Shown: positions 26,882-35,086 of the stretch, in pieces
How positions within the stretch are numbered: the stretch's first letter is position 1
How the letters are laid out: each line of letters begins with the position of its first letter
NCBI GenBank assembly: GCA_017619375.1
Contig: JAFZSL010000002.1
Coordinates: forward strand, 23,679-87,678
Direction: 5' to 3'
DNA: 64,000 nt
Source: Prevotella sp.
Lineage (GTDB): Bacteria > Bacteroidota > Bacteroidia > Bacteroidales > Bacteroidaceae
Position numbers and translations under genes: made by a program
Notes under the pieces: model-generated
The model's input: only the letters and a program-made list of their open reading frames with translations
Database searches by the model: none
What the model was told of the DNA's origin: nothing

Positions 26882-28525
26882 ATGAGGACGTTTTTTGCAT
26901 TGTTGGTCGTCATGTTCGCCATTCCCATGGTGATGACGGCCCAGAACGAGGGCGGCAACGTCGTGACCGTCACAGGAAGCATCCAGAGCGATGTGCTTTT
27001 CCCCCAAGAGGATGAGGACATCGGTGCAATGGAATCCGACCACAAAGTGCTCACCAACAGTTATGCCGACGTCCATGTCATCAGCAAGCACGTGGATGCC
27101 GGAGCCAGAGTGGAGTTCATGCGCTTCCCACTCCCCGGCTATGAGAACGACTTCAAGGGATGGGGTCTCGCCAACATCTACGCCAAGATGCACACCGACA
27201 AGTTGGAGGTGACACTCGGCAACTTCTACGAGCAGTTTGGCAGCGGTTTCATCCTACGCACCTATGAAGAGCGCAGCCTCGGCATCGACAACTCCCTGCT
27301 TGGCGCCCGCGTGACGGCGAAGCCTGTGAAGGGTGTCATGGTGAAGGGCCTTGCCGGTTGGCAGCGACATTACTGGAGTTACAATGACGCCCTCATCTCC
27401 GGAGGCGACCTTCAACTCAGCATCGACCAATGGTCGAAAGCCCTTCAAGACAACGGCACCTACCTGTCGCTTGGAGCGTCGATGGTGAACAAGCATGAGC
27501 GTACAGAGGATGTCATGTGGGACTACAACCATCTCCTCAATCTCCCCGAGAACGTCAACGCCTTCGACTTCAGGGCCAGCCTCCAGAAAGGCAACGTCAG
27601 CGTGCTGGCAGAATATGCCTTCAAGACACAAGACCCTTCTTCCGACAATAAGTTCATCTACCGCAGGGGCCATGTGGCCATGCTCTCCGCCTCCTATTCC
27701 AAGCGCGGCATGAGCATCCTGCTGCAAGCCAAGCGCAGTGACAACATGTCTTTTCGGTCGAAACGTATGGAAAGAGGCACCTCCTCATTCATCAACCACC
27801 TGCCGGCCTTCACCCTCGACCACACCTACGCCCTTGCCGCATTGTACCCCTATGCCACACAACCCGATGGAGAGTGGGCCTATCAGGCAGAGTTGGGCTA
27901 CAACTTCAAGCGCAACACCTTCCTTGGAGGGAAATACGGCACCAACGTGAAAGTGAACTTCTCCCATGTCCACAGCATCGACAAGAACGTCATCCCCATC
28001 GGCGCCCCTCACGATACCAACGGCTATGGGTCGGCGTTCTGGAAATGGGGTGACGGCATGTATTACCAAGACTTCGACATCCAGGTGGACAAGCGCATCA
28101 CCAAGGACTTCAAACTTAACCTGATGTACATGAACCAGTTCTACAACAAGACGGTGATCGAGGGTGAGGGAGGCATGGTTCATTCCGACATCTTCGTCGC
28201 CGACGGGAAGTACAAGTTCAACAACAAGGTCACGCTCAGGGGAGAGTTGCAGTATCTCGCCACCAAGGACGACGAGGGCGACTGGGCTTTCGCGCTACTG
28301 GAACTCTCCGTGCTGCCCCGCCTGATGTTCACCGTCTCCGACATGTACAACTGCGGTGAGACCGACCTCCACTATTACCAGGGGTTGGTTACCTTCACCT
28401 ACGGCGCCCATCGCCTTCAGGCCGGTTACGGACGCACCCGCGCCGGTTACAATTGTTCCGGAGGTGTCTGTCGATACATACCAGCCACCAAGGGTTTCAC
28501 TTTGTCGTACAACTACAACTTCTGA
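26882..28525 (+). CDS. Probable outer-membrane beta-barrel (DUF6029-like)
   Basis: Signal peptide; amphipathic beta-strands; GNFYEQFGSGFILRTYEERSLGIDNS; YNCSGGVCRYIPATKGFTLSYNYNF with terminal Phe; sits between TlpA and Omp28 genes. Confidence 0.75.
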   Translation: MRTFFALLVVMFAIPMVMTAQNEGGNVVTVTGSIQSDVLFPQEDEDIGAMESDHKVLTNSYADVHVISKHVDAGARVEFMRFPLPGYENDFKGWGLANIYAKMHTDKLEVTLGNFYEQFGSGFILRTYEERSLGIDNSLLGARVTAKPVKGVMVKGLAGWQRHYWSYNDALISGGDLQLSIDQWSKALQDNGTYLSLGASMVNKHERTEDVMWDYNHLLNLPENVNAFDFRASLQKGNVSVLAEYAFKTQDPSSDNKFIYRRGHVAMLSASYSKRGMSILLQAKRSDNMSFRSKRMERGTSSFINHLPAFTLDHTYALAALYPYATQPDGEWAYQAELGYNFKRNTFLGGKYGTNVKVNFSHVHSIDKNVIPIGAPHDTNGYGSAFWKWGDGMYYQDFDIQVDKRITKDFKLNLMYMNQFYNKTVIEGEGGMVHSDIFVADGKYKFNNKVTLRGELQYLATKDDEGDWAFALLELSVLPRLMFTVSDMYNCGETDLHYYQGLVTFTYGAHRLQAGYGRTRAGYNCSGGVCRYIPATKGFTLSYNYNF

Positions 28526-28531
28526 TCCGAC

Positions 28532-29332
28532 ATGCAACCACTCAGATATCTTGTTTTACCTCTTCTCTCACTTCTCTTCCTCACCGCATGCAGCGAAATC
28601 GACGAGGACGAGCGGCTTATTTATGTCAAGCCCACCCCCGTGGGGCGCAACGTCCTTATAGAGGATTTCACCGGGCAGCGGTGTGTGAACTGTCCCACCG
28701 CCACGTCGGAGATAGAGAAACTGCAGGAATATTACGGCGAAGACCATGTCATCGCCGTCGGCATACACAGCGGCCCCTTTGCCAAATCGGTACGTGGCGT
28801 ACCTTATCCGCTCTACACGGAAATAGGGGATGAGTATTATAACTATTGGAAAGTCGAGTCACAACCCATGGGCGTCATCAACCGTACGGGCACCTGCGAC
28901 TACCTGTCTTGGGGCGCCAAGGTGCGAGACGACCTGTCCAAGAACGCACAGGTCTCGCTTGAAGCATCCTGCGATTACGACAAGGCGAGTCGCAACGCCA
29001 CCATCACGGTGAAAGGGAATGGTGTTGAAGGCAGCGTTTCGGGTTCTTTGCAGGTATGGCTCACCGAAGACAACATCACCGACTTCCAACTCATGCCCGA
29101 TGGCAGTAGGAACGATGCTTATGTTCACAACCATGTGCTGCGTTGTGCCGTGAACGGCACCTGGGGTGTGTCTTTCCATGTCGGTGAAGCCGAACAATTC
29201 ATTTATGATTTCACTCAGATTCTCGATGATGGCTGGGTGCCTGAAAACATGCACGTCGTGGCTTTCGTCTATGATGACACTGGTGTCTATCAGGTGACCA
29301 CGTGCCCGGTGGTTCCGCGCCTTGAGTGGTGA
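28532..29332 (+). CDS. Omp28-family outer-membrane lipoprotein
   Basis: Lipobox LFLTAC; VLIEDFTGQRCVNCP; VIAVGIHSG; YVHNHVLR; HVVAFVYD. Confidence 0.88.
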   Translation: MQPLRYLVLPLLSLLFLTACSEIDEDERLIYVKPTPVGRNVLIEDFTGQRCVNCPTATSEIEKLQEYYGEDHVIAVGIHSGPFAKSVRGVPYPLYTEIGDEYYNYWKVESQPMGVINRTGTCDYLSWGAKVRDDLSKNAQVSLEASCDYDKASRNATITVKGNGVEGSVSGSLQVWLTEDNITDFQLMPDGSRNDAYVHNHVLRCAVNGTWGVSFHVGEAEQFIYDFTQILDDGWVPENMHVVAFVYDDTGVYQVTTCPVVPRLEW

Positions 29333-29412
29333 TGGCTTCGCGGGTTCGGCTGGTCCGATTCGTCTAATGGGTCTGAAAACCAAAAAAAGAAAACAACCAA
29401 ACATTATATTAT

Positions 29413-31197
29413 ATGAGAAAAATTTTACTTTTTGCAGCCTTGTTGGCATGGGTGGGCGTTGCAAGCGCACACACCGTGGCCGTGGGCTATTCCAACGGCC
29501 AGGTGGCCGAGACGAGTCCTTACAAGATTTCGGGCAAGGGGCATGTGAGCGCCGCCGTTTACATCACCCCCGAAGTATATGAGAAATACGCCCAATGCGA
29601 TTTCATGGGCATCAGTGTGGGATTGGCATCCGCCAAGTATTGCGACTCGCTCACCGTATGGGTGCGTGAGACACTCGACGGCGAGGACATCGTCACGAAG
29701 ACCATCAAGAGAAGCAACAACGATGCCATCGACCAAGGGTGGAACAACATCTTGTTTGACACGCCCATGCCTTTGGAGGGGAAGAGTTTCTACATCGGCT
29801 ACACCTATCACCAGTCCTACAAGGACGGTGCCGTGTCGGTGGTGGGAGAACCCAGGCCCAACACTTCGTACCTCAAGCGTGGAAACCTGGCCAGTTGGGA
29901 GGACATCTCCTCTGAGGGTGTTCTCAGTATCGAACTGCTCGTAGGTGGCGACAACATGCCTCCCTACGACCTGAAAGTCGTTTCCGCAACCGCCACGCGT
30001 AGTGGAGACGGCGTGGTCACCGTTGTGACCAACATCATCAACAATGGTTCAAAGGATGTTACGGAATACGACCTCACCTTCTCGGCTGAAGGATATAATT
30101 ATGTGAAAACGATCAGCACGCCGATTGCCAGCGGTGCCAACACCAAGGTGTCCACCATTCTTTATGACGTACCCGAAGCGGTGGGATTCGACCTTCCTTT
30201 GACGGTGACCGCCACACGCATCTCCGATGGCGAGGACTATTTCCCAGAGGACAACAGCACCGTCGCCTCCATGCGCATACCACGCAATGTCGTGGTGGAG
30301 GAGTTCACCGGCACCGGCTGCGGTTGGTGTCCCCGCGGCCTCGTGGGCATGGACAAGATGCATGAGCGATATGGCGAGCGCTTCGTGGGTATCGGCATCC
30401 ATCAGTACAACAGCAGCGACCCCATGTACCCCACCAGGTACAAGAACCTGGGCTTTGATGGTGCTCCCGAGTGCAAGATAGACAGGAGTTACCTCACCGA
30501 CCCCTATTATGGCAAAGGGAATGACATCTGCGATGACTTCGAGGCAGAGATGGAAGTGCCCACCTACATCTCCGTGATGGTCTCCGCCACTTTCAACGCC
30601 GACCGCACGGCAGTGGACATTACCGCCGATTTGAGTTCCCAGGCAGCCTTGAACGGGCTTTCCGTGGGCTTCGTGCTCACCGCCGATAGCGTCACGGGAA
30701 CGGAAAGAGCATGGAAACAGGCCAATTACTATTACCAATACCAACCCTCGCAATTGCCTGACGACTTGAAGCAGTTTGGCAATGGCGGCGTGAACGGAGG
30801 AAGCTCTTTCTTCTGGAGTTTCAACGACGTGGCCATTGGCACCTATTATGAAGGTGGCAAGTATGAGATGTCGATAGGCAACATCGGCAAACGTGAGACA
30901 AAGACCGTCACCGCCACCGTGGACATGCCCACGAAGGCTGCGTTGGTGAATGCTCTCCGCTACGACCTCATCACTGCCAACGTCCTCGTGTTGGATGATA
31001 AAGGCGTCGTGGCCAATGCCGCCAAAGTCAGGGTGGTGGATCCCACCGACGTGAAAGAGTTGGATGTCAAGCCTGCTGGCAACCTTCGTGAGGTGGCCCG
31101 TTATACGCTGGACGGCAGGATGATTTCCACTCCCCAGAAAGGTATCAACATCGTTAAGTTGTCAGATGGTTCCACCATCAAGGTCAATGTGAAATAG
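29413..31197 (+). CDS. Omp28-related thioredoxin-fold protein with T9SS C-terminal tail
   Basis: Signal peptide; VVVEEFTGTGCGWCPRG; VGIGIH; C-terminus ARYTLDGRMISTPQKGINIVKLSDGSTIKVNVK. Confidence 0.85.
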   Translation: MRKILLFAALLAWVGVASAHTVAVGYSNGQVAETSPYKISGKGHVSAAVYITPEVYEKYAQCDFMGISVGLASAKYCDSLTVWVRETLDGEDIVTKTIKRSNNDAIDQGWNNILFDTPMPLEGKSFYIGYTYHQSYKDGAVSVVGEPRPNTSYLKRGNLASWEDISSEGVLSIELLVGGDNMPPYDLKVVSATATRSGDGVVTVVTNIINNGSKDVTEYDLTFSAEGYNYVKTISTPIASGANTKVSTILYDVPEAVGFDLPLTVTATRISDGEDYFPEDNSTVASMRIPRNVVVEEFTGTGCGWCPRGLVGMDKMHERYGERFVGIGIHQYNSSDPMYPTRYKNLGFDGAPECKIDRSYLTDPYYGKGNDICDDFEAEMEVPTYISVMVSATFNADRTAVDITADLSSQAALNGLSVGFVLTADSVTGTERAWKQANYYYQYQPSQLPDDLKQFGNGGVNGGSSFFWSFNDVAIGTYYEGGKYEMSIGNIGKRETKTVTATVDMPTKAALVNALRYDLITANVLVLDDKGVVANAAKVRVVDPTDVKELDVKPAGNLREVARYTLDGRMISTPQKGINIVKLSDGSTIKVNVK

Positions 31198-31203
31198 AAG
31201 ACT

Positions 31204-34200
31204 ATGCTTAAGACCATCAAGACCATTGTTTTGACCTGCGCCGCCATGGCTTCGCTGGTTGCCACCGGAAGGATGGTTTCCTATTCTTCCGATGGCGATA
31301 TCATCATACCCCCTTATGAGGAGGACTGGCAGGGCGAAGGGGTCTTCGACCGATACGTGGTCGTAGACTGCAATGAGGACAAGCGTACTTGGACTTTCAG
31401 CAACGGACAGGTGCGTTACCATTATTCCTCCGTCAATGCTGCCGATGACTGGCTCCTCACCCCTGAAATCCTCTTGGAATCGGGCAAGGTGTATGAATTT
31501 CTGGCCACTGCCTTCGCTGTCAGCGACTCTTACACGGAGCGCATAGAGATTTCCCTGGGACAGGGTGTCGACCCAGCATCCTTCACCCAGGTGGTGGTGC
31601 CTCCTACCGATTTGAATGGTTCCACACCCCAGGAACTGCCAGCCACCTTCACTGTCAGCGAGGGTGGTTACTATCGCATAGGCTTTCACGCCATCTCCGA
31701 AAAGAACCATTTCTTCCTCACCCTCCAGGGGTGGTCTTTGGACGTCCTGGTGGAGAGTGGCGCACCCTCTGTTGTCACAGATTTACAAGTGGTGCCTGGC
31801 GAGAAGGGCGCCCGCATGGCCACGTTGAGCTTCATCGCTCCGGCGACGTCGGTGTCAGGCGACTCCTTGACCGAACTTGACCGCATAGAGGTGAGTAGCA
31901 AAGGTGGTTTGCTGGCCACCATCGACCATCCCGTTCCCGGGGAGGCTCAGGAAATAGAGGTGACGGTGGAGGAAGATGGCTATCACGACTTCGACGTAGT
32001 GGCATGCAATGCCATCGGCATCGGCATGCCGGCCCATGCCAACGTTTATGTTGGTTGCGATGTTCCCATCCTTCAAGGTGTCGTGGGATGTGTCGACCTG
32101 CGTGATGGCAAGATGGCATGCTCTTGGAGCACCGCCGGCGAAGTGGGCGAGCATGGTGGGTATGTCGATTCCACCGCTGTGGAATACCGCCTCTATCCCC
32201 TTGATGCCAGTGGGTCACGTGCAGAGTTGCTTGCCACGACGACTGAAACCAGTTGCGTGGTCGACTATTCCTCTTTTGACACTGGCGCCGCCCAAGTATT
32301 GCAAGTGGAGGTGGAGCCGGTGTTTGCAGAGAAGGAAGGTGTTGCCATAGGAGGGAGGCTCATCATAGGAAAACCCTCCATATTGCCCTATCACCAATCG
32401 TTTGATTCCTCATCGCAAGGCGTGTTCTGGTGGCAGGAGGCCGATGGTGGACAATGGCTTGCCAGCCAGATGGCCGCCGACGCCGATGGCGCCTGTCTCC
32501 GCTTCGTTGCCGACGACTCTATCGCCAGAGGCAAGGCTTGCAGTGAGAAATTGACGCTGAAGGGGGCTTCGCGACCCATGCTGCTCTTCCAACACAACAC
32601 CAAGGCGGGTCAGAATATCCGCCTGCATGTGTTTGCTGACCGCCAAGATGCCAACGGCCCCGTGTTGCTCAAGACCATCTTACCCGATGAAGAGAAGAGT
32701 GACAGTTGGGTGCAGGAAGGCATCGATTTGAGCGAATACGTGGAAGAGGATTATATTTTGCTGACCTTCATCGTCGAGGCAGACGAGAAGGGCGCAGTAT
32801 GTCGCATTGATGACATCCAGGTCAGGGACGTGCCCGATTGCGACTTGGAATTGGTGTCGGTGCTGCTTCCCAAGCAGGTGAAGGTGGGTCATGAGGAAAT
32901 GGCTGTTGTCACCGTGCGCAACAACGGTCTGTTGTCGGTGGGAGATGATGCCTATGCGGTGGAATTCACCGTGGGCGACAGTACTGTTACTGTTGGCACC
33001 AAAGAGTTGGCGCCATTCACCGGGGTCACCACCTATACCTTTACGTTCACACCTTCCATCTTCGACGAGGTGTTGGTCGAGGTGAGCGCCAAGGTGGTGT
33101 GTTCGGAAGACCTTGAGGAAGGCAATAATGTCGCTACTGCTGTGGCAAGTGTCAAACAGCCGTCGGTGGCTCGCATGGTCAATCTGACGGCGGAGGCTTA
33201 TGGCTCCGATGTGTCTTTGACATGGAACCTGCCTAATGGCTCTCTCAGCGAGGGCATCTACACCGAGGACTTCGAGGACACCGAGATATTCGGCAATCTG
33301 TCGACTGGTGGCGTCACCGCCGACAACCATTGGGGAGAACTCGGCCAATGGAAACTATATGATGGCAACGGCACCCCTGTCCGCATAGTGGAAGTAAACG
33401 ACTCCGACAGCATAGGGTCTGATGCTCCGAAGGCGTTCCAGGTGTTCAACGCCTTCGAGAACGGTCTCGACATGACCGATTACGACGTAGTTGAGTCGAT
33501 GGCTTCATATTCTGGCGAGCAGATGTTGCTGGCGATGCCTCCTGCCGACGGACAACCGAGCGACAAGTGGCTCATCTCGCCGTTGCTCAGCGGTGGCGAG
33601 CAGACCATCAGCCTCTTTGTCAGTGCTACGGCCAACGACCCGGAGACCACGTTCGAGGTGTGGTACACCACTACGAACACGCCTGACGACTTGGAGCATT
33701 ATCAATTGGCTTACAATGGAGTGGCATCCACCATGGACTGGAACGAGGTGAGGTTGGAACTGCCTGTCGGCGTACGTTATTTCGCCATTCGCAGCACAGC
33801 TTCCGGCGCAGCTGGCTTCATGTTGGATGATATCACCTTCACGGCCTCTCCCTCTTCGAAGATGCCTAAGGCGGCCCGTCCTACGCTCACGGGATGCCAC
33901 GTCTATCGCGACCAGGTGCTCATCGCCCAATTGGATGCCGGTGTCGTGGAATATGTCGACAACGAGGTGGTGGATGGACAGCACACCTATTATGTCACAG
34001 CCGTCTATGGTGAGACTGAGTCGGGACTTTCCAATCCCGCCGTCGTGGATGTGGATATCACCGCCATACCCGATGTGGCCGCTTCGGCTGCCCGTTTCGG
34101 TGATGACATCATGGTCTATGACCTCCGCGGAGTCCTGCTGGGCCATGGCCGTGATTGTTTCAACTCCCAGCCGAGAGGGGTCTACATCATCAAGGACATG

Positions 34201-34236
34201 CACACGGGTCGTGTGGCTCGTGTGTCAAGGAAATAA
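31204..34236 (+). CDS. T9SS-secreted adhesin-like protein (cleaved-adhesin/choice-of-anchor J, FN3 and CARDB-like domains)
   Basis: ADDWLLTPEI; SDKWLISPLLSGGEQTISL; FMLDDITF; GCHVYRD...YYVTAVYGETESGLSN; C-terminus VYDLRGVLLG...GVYIIKD. Confidence 0.8.
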   Translation: MLKTIKTIVLTCAAMASLVATGRMVSYSSDGDIIIPPYEEDWQGEGVFDRYVVVDCNEDKRTWTFSNGQVRYHYSSVNAADDWLLTPEILLESGKVYEFLATAFAVSDSYTERIEISLGQGVDPASFTQVVVPPTDLNGSTPQELPATFTVSEGGYYRIGFHAISEKNHFFLTLQGWSLDVLVESGAPSVVTDLQVVPGEKGARMATLSFIAPATSVSGDSLTELDRIEVSSKGGLLATIDHPVPGEAQEIEVTVEEDGYHDFDVVACNAIGIGMPAHANVYVGCDVPILQGVVGCVDLRDGKMACSWSTAGEVGEHGGYVDSTAVEYRLYPLDASGSRAELLATTTETSCVVDYSSFDTGAAQVLQVEVEPVFAEKEGVAIGGRLIIGKPSILPYHQSFDSSSQGVFWWQEADGGQWLASQMAADADGACLRFVADDSIARGKACSEKLTLKGASRPMLLFQHNTKAGQNIRLHVFADRQDANGPVLLKTILPDEEKSDSWVQEGIDLSEYVEEDYILLTFIVEADEKGAVCRIDDIQVRDVPDCDLELVSVLLPKQVKVGHEEMAVVTVRNNGLLSVGDDAYAVEFTVGDSTVTVGTKELAPFTGVTTYTFTFTPSIFDEVLVEVSAKVVCSEDLEEGNNVATAVASVKQPSVARMVNLTAEAYGSDVSLTWNLPNGSLSEGIYTEDFEDTEIFGNLSTGGVTADNHWGELGQWKLYDGNGTPVRIVEVNDSDSIGSDAPKAFQVFNAFENGLDMTDYDVVESMASYSGEQMLLAMPPADGQPSDKWLISPLLSGGEQTISLFVSATANDPETTFEVWYTTTNTPDDLEHYQLAYNGVASTMDWNEVRLELPVGVRYFAIRSTASGAAGFMLDDITFTASPSSKMPKAARPTLTGCHVYRDQVLIAQLDAGVVEYVDNEVVDGQHTYYVTAVYGETESGLSNPAVVDVDITAIPDVAASAARFGDDIMVYDLRGVLLGHGRDCFNSQPRGVYIIKDMHTGRVARVSRK

Positions 34237-34260
34237 GTTTTTCCCCAACTCCTCCAACCT

Positions 34261-34299
34261 TTCCGCCCCGCTTTTTCGTCATGAAAAGGCGGGGCGGAA
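34261..34299. terminator. Terminator hairpin closing the Omp28 operon
   Basis: TTCCGCCCCGCTTTTT-cgtcatg-AAAAGGCGGGGCGGAA, a 16-bp stem with one G-U pair. Confidence 0.8.
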
Positions 34300-34555
34300 T
34301 GATGTCGGGACTATCAAATTTAGTGATTCCAGCAAGGCTGGAAAAACAAGTAAAATTAGAAAAACAAGTGAAAGACAAGTTCAAAAAATGAGTTTTCAGG
34401 GCTGTTTTCCCCCTAAAAACGCATATTTTTGTGAAAAAATCGAAAAAATAGGCTGAAAAATTTCATGTATTTGGATTTTATTTTGTATCTTTGTGGCCTA
34501 AAGAGAGAAGATCAGCATTGATTTAAAAGATTAGCACTGTTTCATTATTGGATCT

Positions 34556-34759
34556 ATGATTCTTTCCTTGGGTATATGTTGCATAGTTGCCATGATGATA
34601 CTCTTCTTTGCCAAAAGTATGGGAAGGAATGAGTGCAAGGCTGATACCTTTGATGGCGGAAACGCCTCGAAGGGAGATATGCTATGTCTTTCCACTGGGG
34701 CAGTGAAGCTGACTTCTCGTTGGAAGAGAATATTTTCACACAACAGACATGCTAAATAA
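34556..34759 (+). CDS. Possible small protein (67 aa) with hydrophobic N-terminus
   Basis: TATCTTTG at 34486-34493 upstream, N-terminal MILSLGICCIVAMMILFFA, and a terminator-like hairpin plus T8 at 34872-34907. No family recognised. Confidence 0.35.
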   Translation: MILSLGICCIVAMMILFFAKSMGRNECKADTFDGGNASKGDMLCLSTGAVKLTSRWKRIFSHNRHAK

Positions 34760-34912
34760 GTATTAAAGATGTCGGTTGGTCAGCGGACCACCCTTATGGA
34801 TATACATCGAAAAGGTAAGAAGTTAATAGTGAAATAAGTGACCTTTTTTTTAAGTTTTGAATGAATGGGGGCTATGGCGATGGGTTCGTCGTAGTCTCTT
34901 TTTTTTGTCCAT

Positions 34913-35086
34913 TTTTAGCTTCGCTGATTTTTGTCACGACTCGGCAGAGTTCAAGCAAGTTTGACTCTGCTCTCACTTCTCCAAAAATTCAATTTTCAAT
35001 TTTAGCTTCGCTGATTTTTGTCGCGACTCGGCAGAGTTCAAGCAAGCTTGACTCTGCTCTCGCTGCTCCAAAAATTCAATTTTCAA
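34913..35086. repeat. Two tandem copies of an 87-bp palindromic element
   Basis: Units 34913-34999 and 35000-35086 differ at 4 positions; core GCAGAGTTCAAGCAAG(C/T)TTGACTCTGC is self-complementary. Confidence 0.9.

Noticed and set aside
26391-31197. Selenocysteine or stop-codon recoding in the CxxC operon
   Set aside because: All CxxC motifs use Cys codons, ORFs end at sensible C-terminal motifs, and no in-frame TGA interrupts a domain.
34913-35086. 87-bp repeats as a CRISPR array
   Set aside because: Only two abutting units, no unique spacers, unit too long, and no cas genes.
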